Positions 8,195-18,740 of a DNA stretch of 64,000 nt are shown here, piece by piece. Every line of letters starts with the position of its first letter. Within the stretch, counting starts at the first letter, position 1. The stretch is from the IMG/VR virus record IMGVR_UViG_3300025383_001098; one strand, written 5' to 3'. Under the pieces are notes generated by a model that was not told where the DNA came from, did no database searches, and worked only from the letters and a program-made list of their open reading frames with translations. Both the position numbers and the translations under genes were made by a program. Origin of the DNA: a virus.

Positions 8195-8969
8195 TTTTAT
8201 CAATGAAAAAGCCTGGGACGAGTTAAATCAACAGTTTTCTGTTGCCCAGCCTTTTAATCATATTATCATTGATGATTTTTGGCAAGACGACATTGCACAA
8301 GAACTTGTGGGGGATTTTCCCGACTATGAAAGTCCAATTTGGACCGCACACTATCAAAATGCCATTGAAGATAAAAAAGCTGCTAACCATTGGGATAACT
8401 TTCCTGCCGCGACCTATAGGGCATTTACCTATTTAAACAGTCCAGAGTTTGTTGGTATAATTGAACAAATTGCAGGTCGAGCTAATATTAAAACAGACAT
8501 AGGTCTACATGGCGGCGGTTGGCATTGTCACCATAAGGGTGGAAAACTCAATGTACATCTTGACTACAGCATACATCCTAAGCTAAAATTAGAACGTCAT
8601 TATAACTTGATTGTTTATATGACACCCAACTGGAATCCTGCCTGGGGCGGCGGCTTAGAGTTATGGAGTCATGGCGCACAAGGTCCGAAGGAATTGGTTA
8701 AGACTGTAGAAAACCGTTTCAATCGTGCAGTATTGTTTGATACCACACAGTTTAGTTGGCACGGATTACCAGACGATTTAACTTGTCCAGATGGTATTTA
8801 CAGACGTAGTATGGCCGTGTATTATCTAACAGATCCTGCCGACGGTGTTGATCCTCGTGGCAAAGCATTATTTGCACCACACAAAGATCAGGCCAACGAT
8901 CCAGCAGTACTTGAACTTATTAAAAAACGCAGTAATGTTAATACTGCCGCAGACGTTTATAAAAAATGA
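8187..8969 (+). CDS. 2OG-Fe(II) oxygenase
   Basis: HLD...WHG...R iron/2OG residues; WGGGLELW; FNRAVLF. Confidence 0.85.
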   Translation: MTNFINEKAWDELNQQFSVAQPFNHIIIDDFWQDDIAQELVGDFPDYESPIWTAHYQNAIEDKKAANHWDNFPAATYRAFTYLNSPEFVGIIEQIAGRANIKTDIGLHGGGWHCHHKGGKLNVHLDYSIHPKLKLERHYNLIVYMTPNWNPAWGGGLELWSHGAQGPKELVKTVENRFNRAVLFDTTQFSWHGLPDDLTCPDGIYRRSMAVYYLTDPADGVDPRGKALFAPHKDQANDPAVLELIKKRSNVNTAADVYKK

Positions 8970-9856
8970 AATTAGAAAATCCTTTTAACATATTGGTACG
9001 CAGACGTAGTGCCATTGGCGACGTTATTATGAGTACCGGTGTAGTTCGCGAACTAAAACGTCGCTATGGCGATAATGCCAATATTGACGTAGCCACAGAC
9101 GTTTTTGATGTATATCGCAATAATCCCAATGTTCGTAATATTATCCCAACAGATGGAGCAGATCCATCTAAGTATGAACTTTATATTAATTTAGATGATG
9201 CTTACGAAGTTAATCCTACAGAGCATTATGTAGACAATTATTTTTATCGTGCATTTGGCGATTCTGCTACATTAAATCGTAGCGTTGAATTATTTCCTAC
9301 TGAGTCAGATAAAAAAGAAGTTGATGCAGATTTAGCAGATATTGGCAATAAGTTTATTGTAGTTCATATGCGTAACTGGCACTGGGCAGCAAAGAATATC
9401 ACCATGGATGTTTGGTTTGATGTTTATGCTAAACTATTTTCTGAACGCACAGACTTTAAAATTGTAATACTTGGTGGCAAAACAGATTTTACAGTCGAAG
9501 ATCATCCCTTGTTCTTTGATGCACGTGATAGATATAATAATCAACAAATGAAATATCTATGTGATCATGCCGCTTGTTTTATAGGCATAGACTCCGGGCC
9601 TTATTGGTGTGCAGCAGCAAGCGACACACATATTGTTGCCTTACTAACACATCTACGACCAGAACGTATTGTGCCACATCGCCATTTGGATACAAATTGG
9701 AACGCTACACCTATTCCCACACTTGAAGATTGTGCTGGCTGTAATGATGTACAACAAAGACCTATTAGACAAATTGTTTGTAAAAAACAAACATATCCTT
9801 GTGCCAATAATTTTGATACGGATGCAATAGCAAAGGCGATCCTGGAACAATTATGA
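8966..9856 (+). CDS. glycosyltransferase family 9 (heptosyltransferase-like)
   Basis: RRSAIGDVIM; FIGIDSGP; C-terminal CAGC...C...C. Confidence 0.8.
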   Translation: MKLENPFNILVRRRSAIGDVIMSTGVVRELKRRYGDNANIDVATDVFDVYRNNPNVRNIIPTDGADPSKYELYINLDDAYEVNPTEHYVDNYFYRAFGDSATLNRSVELFPTESDKKEVDADLADIGNKFIVVHMRNWHWAAKNITMDVWFDVYAKLFSERTDFKIVILGGKTDFTVEDHPLFFDARDRYNNQQMKYLCDHAACFIGIDSGPYWCAAASDTHIVALLTHLRPERIVPHRHLDTNWNATPIPTLEDCAGCNDVQQRPIRQIVCKKQTYPCANNFDTDAIAKAILEQL

Positions 9857-10671
9857 AAGACGTAACAATAGTAGCCATTGATTTTCTAACACACGATTTA
9901 ACACGTCGTTCAATAGAAAATACACTCAAGCATATAGATCCTAAAGAAATTCTTGTTATATCCGACAAAGAAATATATCCTGGTGCTCGTCACGTAATTA
10001 GGCCGCCAGTTGATGGCATGCCCGAGTATAATCAACTTATGCTCAAAGGTGTAGCAGAGCATGTTGAAACTGGACACGCACTTTATGTACAATGGGACGG
10101 AATGGCCTGCGATGGTAACATGTGGACTGATGATTTTTTAAACTACGACTACATTGGTGCTATCTGGCCCTGGGAGCCAAAAGAACACAACGTAGGCAAT
10201 GGCGGTTTTAGTCTACGTAGTAAACAGTTATTAGATGCTTGTTTAGATACCTATATACAGTTAGATGAATCAAGAAACTTTACAGCCGAAGATGCTTATA
10301 TTGGTATTAACTATAGAAATTTCTTAGAAGAAAAATACAGTATTAAATTTGCTCCAGAAGAAGTAGCACGTAGCTTTAGTTTTGAGCTTGGAACATATCA
10401 ACCATGTTTTGGATTTCACGGACCCTGGAACATTTTCCATTTAATGCCATCTGAGGAACATGACTATTATTATCAACGTATGGATTATGCCAAATGGAAT
10501 CACTATAGATGGCATCATGTATTAGCCGCATTAATCAGGGTTGATAGAATGGACATTTACGAATTTATGGTTAACAAACTAATCGAAAACAGCCCAGAAT
10601 TATTACCAACTGTAGCTGCTTGGTTAGAGCATGACAGTCAAAATCCTCGTACCGAGCTGATTATTGATTGA
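9853..10671 (+). CDS. DUF5672-like putative glycosyltransferase
   Basis: VQWDG; YDYIGAIW; VGNGGFSLRS; AEDAY; FGFHG. Confidence 0.75.
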   Translation: MKDVTIVAIDFLTHDLTRRSIENTLKHIDPKEILVISDKEIYPGARHVIRPPVDGMPEYNQLMLKGVAEHVETGHALYVQWDGMACDGNMWTDDFLNYDYIGAIWPWEPKEHNVGNGGFSLRSKQLLDACLDTYIQLDESRNFTAEDAYIGINYRNFLEEKYSIKFAPEEVARSFSFELGTYQPCFGFHGPWNIFHLMPSEEHDYYYQRMDYAKWNHYRWHHVLAALIRVDRMDIYEFMVNKLIENSPELLPTVAAWLEHDSQNPRTELIID

Positions 10672-10682
10672 TAAATAATTTT

Positions 10683-10722
10683 GCGGTAGTTGTTGACAAT
10701 ACCGCATTCTTTGTAGTACAAT
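10683..10722 (+). promoter_or_regulatory. groESL promoter overlapped by an inverted repeat
   Basis: TTGACA(10693)-18 nt-TACAAT(10717); GCGGTA...TACCGC palindrome around the -35. Confidence 0.55.
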
Positions 10723-10760
10723 AAACAAACTAAATTTTATCATTTCATTTAAAGGAGATC

Positions 10761-12685
<1,925 letters not shown>

Positions 12686-12706
12686 ATTCATAAGTAATAG
12701 TAACAC

Positions 12707-12748
12707 ACCCGCTATGCCTCTTAATAATGCACACTTTAGCGGGTTTTT
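12707..12748 (+). terminator. terminator-like hairpin with a 22-nt loop
   Basis: ACCCGCTA...TAGCGGGT followed by TTTT. Confidence 0.6.
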
Positions 12749-12800
12749 GTTGATCTTTTAAATTTGGCATAAATAATATTATAATTCACAGGAGTAGATT

Positions 12801-13085
12801 ATGGCTACAGTAACAACAGTCGTAGTTTGGGGCGCAGATCATGATGTAACAACAGACGGTAAACCAATGGGTGCCGCATCTGTTATTTTACACAATTATC
12901 TAAGACAGCAACACGCTGCCGGCAAACTTACAAACGAAGTTGGCAATTTTGGAAATGTTGAACTACCAGATAGTAGTGGCACTATCACACAAAACGTAAC
13001 CCACGAATGGGCAGATGAAGCAAGTGCTTTAGCATATTTGAACTTTATTAGCAATTTAAGCCCAACCAGCGCCACTATTGTTTAA
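12801..13085 (+). CDS. hypothetical protein
   Basis: CATAAATA late promoter; AGGAG SD. Confidence 0.7.
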   Translation: MATVTTVVVWGADHDVTTDGKPMGAASVILHNYLRQQHAAGKLTNEVGNFGNVELPDSSGTITQNVTHEWADEASALAYLNFISNLSPTSATIV

Positions 13086-13105
13086 TAAAACATACAGAAT
13101 TAGAC

Positions 13106-13130
13106 AAAAGCCCACGAAAGTGGGCTTTTT
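13106..13130 (+). terminator. intrinsic terminator
   Basis: AAAAGCCCAC-GAAA-GTGGGCTTTTT. Confidence 0.9.
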
Positions 13131-13131
13131 C

Positions 13132-13160
13132 TTGACCAATAATTCGCATTCTGCTATAAT
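13132..13160 (+). promoter_or_regulatory. early sigma70-type promoter
   Basis: TTGACC-17 nt-TATAAT with extended TG; near-duplicate of 13837-13865. Confidence 0.85.
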
Positions 13161-13169
13161 ACTTGTATT

Positions 13170-13634
13170 ATGAAATATTTTGCGTATGGTATGAATACCA
13201 ACCGGTCTCAAATGGCCACCCGTTGCCCCAAGGCTCAAAGTTTAGGGCAAGCCCTGCTGCCCGAACACGAATTCCGTTTCAGCGTTCATGCTGACATTAT
13301 CCCAAACCCCGATTTCGATACCGAAGGTGTATTATGGGAAATCACCGAAGACTGTGAACGGGCCCTGGATGCCTTGGAAGGATTTCCTAACTACTATGAA
13401 AAGAAAATAGTCAGCGTTCTACACGAAGGCCAATGGGTAGAAGCAATGACATATTACATGACCGGTGATTTTCCCGACTCATATCCCAGCGACGGCTACT
13501 TGGCCATGCTTTATCAAGGATACGCAGAACACGGGGTTGATGAATCACAAATTGATGACAGTTTAGATTATATTCTTTGTTTAAATCGATATGCAATTGA
13601 AGCAGAATCAAAATATTTTCAATACTTTAATTAA
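13170..13634 (+). CDS. gamma-glutamylcyclotransferase (AIG2-like) family protein
   Basis: YFAYGMN; GVLWEI; LDALEG; YY; PS..Y. Confidence 0.85.
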   Translation: MKYFAYGMNTNRSQMATRCPKAQSLGQALLPEHEFRFSVHADIIPNPDFDTEGVLWEITEDCERALDALEGFPNYYEKKIVSVLHEGQWVEAMTYYMTGDFPDSYPSDGYLAMLYQGYAEHGVDESQIDDSLDYILCLNRYAIEAESKYFQYFN

Positions 13635-13643
13635 GGGACTATA

Positions 13644-13835
13644 ATGAAACTCAAAAATACCATTATTGATGACTACGAGCAGGCCTTTCCTTGGGATCAG
13701 GAATACGAACTTTGGATAGCCAGCATGGAACGTGACTACCAAGAAGAGTGTGGCTATCGTGCAGGGTTAGTGGTCACTAACAAAACTCAATTCAAAGACG
13801 AAGAATTCAGTCCGTTTAGTACAGTAAATTCCTGA
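13644..13835 (+). CDS. hypothetical early protein
   Basis: AAGGGA SD; acidic 63-aa ORF. Confidence 0.6.
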   Translation: MKLKNTIIDDYEQAFPWDQEYELWIASMERDYQEECGYRAGLVVTNKTQFKDEEFSPFSTVNS

Positions 13836-13836
13836 G

Positions 13837-13865
13837 TTGACCAATAATTCAAAGAGTGCTATAAT
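13837..13865 (+). promoter_or_regulatory. early sigma70-type promoter
   Basis: TTGACC-17 nt-TATAAT with extended TG. Confidence 0.85.
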
Positions 13866-13897
13866 ACTTGTATTGTAGTAAAAAAGGTAGTAGAGCA

Positions 13898-14074
13898 GTG
13901 AATGAATTTGAGCAGTTAATTGTAATAGAAGAAATGCGTAAAATGGGTATTGAGCATTACAATATGCAACCGGGCAATGGCTGTATTTGGGTCAGTTACC
14001 GTGTGGGTAGTAGTCAATTGCACAGTTACTATATTTTTCGCAACGGTAAACTAATAGATGTACAGTATGATTGA
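13898..14074 (+). CDS. hypothetical early protein
   Basis: probable GTG start downstream of the promoter. Confidence 0.55.
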   Translation: MNEFEQLIVIEEMRKMGIEHYNMQPGNGCIWVSYRVGSSQLHSYYIFRNGKLIDVQYD

Positions 14075-14092
14075 TGTTGTTTTAAAACAACA
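14075..14092. promoter_or_regulatory. perfect 18-bp palindrome TGTTG-N8-CAACA (putative protein-binding site)
   Basis: TGTTGTTTTAAAACAACA; related copy at 54824-54841. Confidence 0.6.
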
Positions 14093-14109
14093 CCCAAAAA
14101 TTGGGCGAT

Positions 14110-14138
14110 TTGACCCGAAAATCAAGATTTGTTATAAT
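14110..14138 (+). promoter_or_regulatory. early sigma70-type promoter
   Basis: TTGACC-17 nt-TATAAT with extended TG. Confidence 0.85.
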
Positions 14139-14169
14139 ATTAGTATTGTCAATAAAGAAGGAGCTAAGT

Positions 14170-15216
14170 ATGTCAACAGTATCATTTATTCGTGTTAAAT
14201 CTGGCGCATATCGTACAACAGATGTGAGCGGTCAGGTATTTCAATTAGTAGAGCAGTTTAAGCAAACCGCCAAAGGTGGCTATGTTACAGTTAAAAATGG
14301 TGGAAAGTTTCCTGGCATGCCAGTAGATATCCGTGTAAAGGTTGATGGCATGAGTGCTTACGATTTTGTAAGCGAGCAAGAGTTCATCGAACAAGGTAAT
14401 ACTCCAGTTGCAGAAACCGTGGCAGTAGAAACTTTAGCCGAATCCGATGAAGAAGTTATTGAACGCATTCGTCAGCGTTTTGAGATTTTGGACGAGATGG
14501 CTACGGCCGCTACCAACGGTGACATCCGTGCTATGATTGTATCAGGTCCTCCTGGTGTTGGTAAGAGCTTTGGTGTTGAACGTATTGTTGAAAAGGCCTG
14601 CTTGTTTGATCAAGTTGCTGGCAAACGTCTCCGTGCCGAAGTTGTCAAAGGTAGTGCATCGGCTTTAGGCCTGTACACTACACTCTACAAGTATTCAGAC
14701 TCAAATTGCGTATTGGTATTTGATGACTGTGACTCAATCCTTGTTGATGATGTTGCACTCAACTTGCTTAAAGGTGCCCTGGACTCAGGTAAGAAACGTA
14801 AGATTTCATGGTTGAGTGACAGTAATATGTTGCGTCGCGAAGGCGTTCCAGATAGCTTCAACTTCAACGGCTCAGTGATCTTTATTACTAACCTTAAGTT
14901 TGATCAGATGAAATCGCAAAAATTGCGTGATCACTTAGACGCACTACAGTCCCGTTGTCACTATTTGGACTTGACGCTTGACACTATGCGTGATAAGGTA
15001 CTACGTATCAAGCAGATTGCTAACGACGGTGCCTTGTTTGCCGACTACGACTTTGAGCAAGTGGCACAGGACGAGATCATTGAGTTCCTGGAAGAGAACA
15101 AGAACAAGTTCCGTGAAATGAGTTTGCGTATGGCAATCAAGATAGCAGACTTGCGTAAGAGCTTCCCACTCAAGTGGAAGGCTATGGCTCAAGTTACTTG
15201 TATGAAACAAGGTTAA
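14170..15216 (+). CDS. AAA+/P-loop ATPase
   Basis: Walker A GPPGVGKS; Walker B LVFDD; IFITN; ALQSR; AAGGAG SD before ATG 14170. Confidence 0.85.
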   Translation: MSTVSFIRVKSGAYRTTDVSGQVFQLVEQFKQTAKGGYVTVKNGGKFPGMPVDIRVKVDGMSAYDFVSEQEFIEQGNTPVAETVAVETLAESDEEVIERIRQRFEILDEMATAATNGDIRAMIVSGPPGVGKSFGVERIVEKACLFDQVAGKRLRAEVVKGSASALGLYTTLYKYSDSNCVLVFDDCDSILVDDVALNLLKGALDSGKKRKISWLSDSNMLRREGVPDSFNFNGSVIFITNLKFDQMKSQKLRDHLDALQSRCHYLDLTLDTMRDKVLRIKQIANDGALFADYDFEQVAQDEIIEFLEENKNKFREMSLRMAIKIADLRKSFPLKWKAMAQVTCMKQG

Positions 15217-15227
15217 AAGGAAAATAT

Positions 15228-15545
15228 ATGTTTAAAGAAATCTCAGCAGTTGTAATAGGTTGGATCGCATTTATTGCAGTATGTATGTTTGGTAGTTTTT
15301 TTGCCTATCAATACTTTGCACCCAAGTATCGTCAGGTAGATAATGAAGTGTTCAAACAAAGCGAACAGTACAATGACGGCATGATCCGTGACTTGGAAAA
15401 CTTGCAAATTGAATACATTGGTGCTGATGCGGAGAAGAAACAAGCTCTCCGTGCTATAGTGTTACACCGTTTTAGTGTGTACCCTGAGGATAAAATGCCT
15501 CCCAACCTTCGCAACTTTTATAACGATTTGAAAGCAGGAAAATAA
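15228..15545 (+). CDS. membrane-anchored hypothetical protein
   Basis: one N-terminal hydrophobic helix then helical domain. Confidence 0.7.
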   Translation: MFKEISAVVIGWIAFIAVCMFGSFFAYQYFAPKYRQVDNEVFKQSEQYNDGMIRDLENLQIEYIGADAEKKQALRAIVLHRFSVYPEDKMPPNLRNFYNDLKAGK

Positions 15546-15546
15546 A

Positions 15547-16029
15547 ATGAAACGACTCTTATTGGCATTGCCCTTTGTGTTTGCATTGACAGCCTGTGAT
15601 GTTAAAGAAACATCTACACAGATTGAGCGTCGCAAGCAAGAAGAACTAAGCCTGCAGGGTGTACAGTCAGTTGGTATGCCAAGTATTGTAAACTTTGCTG
15701 AAAAGCGTATGATGAAAGACATCATTGAGTTGCGTGATCAAAACGTGGCCACTACAGTCTATATCACAGATATGAATGGTAAGTTGCATAAGGTTTGTAA
15801 TGCTGTTGGCTATGGTTTGCCCTATGCTACTCAGTATACTAATCCACAGCGTATTAGCAGTGATGCACATGGTTATGCAACCCTGCCGCAAGCTGATCCA
15901 AACGGCCTGTATAGCCCTGCAAGTGCCGATGGTACTTGGGTCCTGTGTGTAGATGCCAAGTCAGGTAAACCAAAACCAGTGTACATCGAACCACGTGTTA
16001 TTGTAAGTCCAATTCCATTGGGCGAGTAA
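15547..16029 (+). CDS. putative lipoprotein
   Basis: MKRLLLALPFVFALTAC lipobox. Confidence 0.8.
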   Translation: MKRLLLALPFVFALTACDVKETSTQIERRKQEELSLQGVQSVGMPSIVNFAEKRMMKDIIELRDQNVATTVYITDMNGKLHKVCNAVGYGLPYATQYTNPQRISSDAHGYATLPQADPNGLYSPASADGTWVLCVDAKSGKPKPVYIEPRVIVSPIPLGE

Positions 16030-16034
16030 AGTTT

Positions 16035-16119
16035 CTATAGCGTTTCCGCTATAGCCCACAACTCTAAATTTAGCTCCGGAGTTGTGGTTTGGGCCCTACT
16101 TAACCGTAGGGCTTTTTTT
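16035..16119 (+). terminator. three consecutive hairpins ending in an intrinsic terminator
   Basis: CTATAGCG/CGCTATAG; CCACAACTC/GAGTTGTGG; GCCCTAC/GTAGGGC plus T7. Confidence 0.8.
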
Positions 16120-16147
16120 ATTTAAATAATTGTGTTATAATAACATT

Positions 16148-17296
16148 ATGATTAAATTTAAGTACGTTGAAGAATACTTAGAAACCATTGCCGGACATAG
16201 AGACCCTGTGTCCGGTAAACCTATTTCAACTTGGATTTTTACTTTCGATCCTATTATTAGTCTGGCCAGATACGATGTAAAAGTTCTTGAAAGTATGGCG
16301 CAGACAGTTGGGCAACAACAGCCACTGACAGAACGCCAAGGCGAGTTGTTGGTTAAGATAGTGCTTAAATATGAACGACAGTTGGCCGGTAAATCAATTG
16401 ATATTTCTCCAGTTCGTAATCCTGTCTGGCGTATTCCGTTGCGTCAAATGGATTATAGTCGTTCTATTGCGATTGAAAATGATATCATTGTTGTTAGATT
16501 CCCATTTAATGCCGAAATGATTGACAGCATACGAGACTTTGGAAAATCCAGTCAAGGAAAAGTAGTATGGAACCGTAGTCAAAAGATTTGGGAACTTGGG
16601 CTTACAGAATATAATCTTAGTTGGATAGTGGCTTGGGGGCAGTTACACAATTTTGAAATAGATCCAGCAATAACTGATCTAATGAATCGTATTACTGAAA
16701 CAGAAAGTACCAAATATTCGATTGAACTTTGTTTAGACGAACACGGTTTAAATATAACCAATGCAACTGATAGTCTTCGCGAATACATTGTTGAAAAAGT
16801 CGGCGGCTTTGATGAATCTAATCTGTTGAAGTTAGTGGACATGAGTAGTGTCTTGGGTTATACTGTTAAAGATGATATAGCCCAAGCTCTTATTGCCGAG
16901 TATGGCCCAAGGTTTTATAATTTATTGGCCAACCGAGAAATCAAAATCAATCCTAATAAACTTATGACATCAGATGACTTTGAAAGTATATTGTCCTATG
17001 CCGAAACAGTTGGGCGAGGTCCTGTGGTTATATATGAACCAGATTTAAGCGGACGTATGCTAACCAAACTTAAAGATCGTTTTGGTAACAACACTGATGA
17101 ATGGTCTGGGCGTTTTATACATACGGTTAAACCTATTAAAGAATTAAAGAACATAGCACTGATTATTAGTAGTGCTGGTATGGTTTTTGGTGGGGACAAA
17201 CAGGTAATGTTACAACGTGCCGAAAAGGTTGTGTACTGTGCTCAAGATGTGTATAATAAAAAGAATACTTCTGGGATAAAAAACATTGCAGGTTAA
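16148..17296 (+). CDS. hypothetical phage protein
   Basis: long ORF overlapping the helicase start; ATG 16148 just after TATAAT. Confidence 0.75.
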   Translation: MIKFKYVEEYLETIAGHRDPVSGKPISTWIFTFDPIISLARYDVKVLESMAQTVGQQQPLTERQGELLVKIVLKYERQLAGKSIDISPVRNPVWRIPLRQMDYSRSIAIENDIIVVRFPFNAEMIDSIRDFGKSSQGKVVWNRSQKIWELGLTEYNLSWIVAWGQLHNFEIDPAITDLMNRITETESTKYSIELCLDEHGLNITNATDSLREYIVEKVGGFDESNLLKLVDMSSVLGYTVKDDIAQALIAEYGPRFYNLLANREIKINPNKLMTSDDFESILSYAETVGRGPVVIYEPDLSGRMLTKLKDRFGNNTDEWSGRFIHTVKPIKELKNIALIISSAGMVFGGDKQVMLQRAEKVVYCAQDVYNKKNTSGIKNIAG

Positions 17297-18740
17297 ACTA
17301 ATAATCAAAGACGAAGTCAACGTCAAGCTGGAAGGCTTGGATCTTACCACACGTAAAAAATTAGTCGACAAATTCAAATATGAAATCCCCGGTGCAAGAT
17401 ATCAACCTTCGGTTAGGTTAGGTCGCTGGGACGGCAAAGTTGCGTTCTTTCAGCTTGGCGGTAGCACATACATCAACTTACTTCCGCAGATAATTCCCTT
17501 CTTAGATTCAGAGGGATATGATGTTGAGGTGGAAGATCTACGTGAGTATAAAACAGGCTATGAGTTTACAGAGTTTACTGAAGATACATTTGCTGATCAA
17601 ACCTGGCCCCAGGGACATCCGCAGGCCGGGCAACCAATTCGATTCCGTGACTATCAAGTAGAAATTATCAATAATTTTTTACGTAATCCTCAGAGTGTAC
17701 AAGAAATTGCCACAGGTGCAGGTAAAACTATTATGACCGCGGCCTTGAGTAAAAGTGTAGAACAATATGGACGTTCAATTGTTATTGTTCCTAATAAGAG
17801 TTTAGTTACACAAACAGAAGCAGACTACAAAAACTTGGGTCTTGATGTGGGAGTGTACTTTGGCGATCGTAAAGAGTTTGGTCGTACACATACTATCTGT
17901 ACTTGGCAAAGTCTAAATATCCTATTAAAGAATACCAAGAGTCACGAAGCCACTGTGGGTATTGGAGAGTTTATTGAGGACGTGGTGTTAGTCATGGTTG
18001 ACGAAGTACACATGGCCAAAGCCGACGCATTAAAAACATTACTTACGGGTGTGTTTAGTCATGTGCCTATTCGCTGGGGACTAACAGGAACTATTCCCAA
18101 AGAAGAATACGAACGTGTAAGTATTTTCTGTAGTCTTGGCGACGTGGTAGGTAAGCTGAGTGCATCGGAACTTCAAGAAGCAGGCCATCTGGCTAATTGT
18201 CATGTAAATATAGTACAGTTAGTTGATCATGTTGAGTATACTAATTATCAAACGGAACTAAAATATCTGGTAGAAACAGATGAACGTTTAGACTACATTA
18301 GTAACTTAATTCGCACAGTTAATGAAACTGGCAATACCTTAGTTCTAATTGATCGTATAGCCACTGGTAAATTGTTGGCCGAGCGTTTAGACAATGCAGT
18401 ATTTGTCAGCGGAGCAACTAAAGCAAAGGATAGAAAAGATGAGTACGACGAAGTTGCTATATCCGATGACAAGATTATTGTGGCTACCTATGGCGTTGCT
18501 GCTGTTGGTATTAATATTCCTCGCATATTCAATCTTGTGCTTGTGGAACCGGGTAAATCCTTTGTCCGCGTCATCCAATCAATCGGGCGTGGTATTCGCA
18601 AAGCGGAGGACAAAGATTTCGTCCAAATCTGGGACGTAACCAGTACCTGTAAATTTGCAAAAAGACATCTAACTAAACGTAAGCAGTTTTATCGAGAAGC
18701 AAACTATCCTTTTACAGTTGAAAAAACAGAATGGCAATAA
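17286..18740 (+). CDS. uvsW: SF2 DNA helicase, UvsW-like
   Basis: FRDYQ; ATGAGKT; DEVH; GLTGT; GINIP; QSIGRGIR. Confidence 0.85.
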   Translation: MQVKLIIKDEVNVKLEGLDLTTRKKLVDKFKYEIPGARYQPSVRLGRWDGKVAFFQLGGSTYINLLPQIIPFLDSEGYDVEVEDLREYKTGYEFTEFTEDTFADQTWPQGHPQAGQPIRFRDYQVEIINNFLRNPQSVQEIATGAGKTIMTAALSKSVEQYGRSIVIVPNKSLVTQTEADYKNLGLDVGVYFGDRKEFGRTHTICTWQSLNILLKNTKSHEATVGIGEFIEDVVLVMVDEVHMAKADALKTLLTGVFSHVPIRWGLTGTIPKEEYERVSIFCSLGDVVGKLSASELQEAGHLANCHVNIVQLVDHVEYTNYQTELKYLVETDERLDYISNLIRTVNETGNTLVLIDRIATGKLLAERLDNAVFVSGATKAKDRKDEYDEVAISDDKIIVATYGVAAVGINIPRIFNLVLVEPGKSFVRVIQSIGRGIRKAEDKDFVQIWDVTSTCKFAKRHLTKRKQFYREANYPFTVEKTEWQ

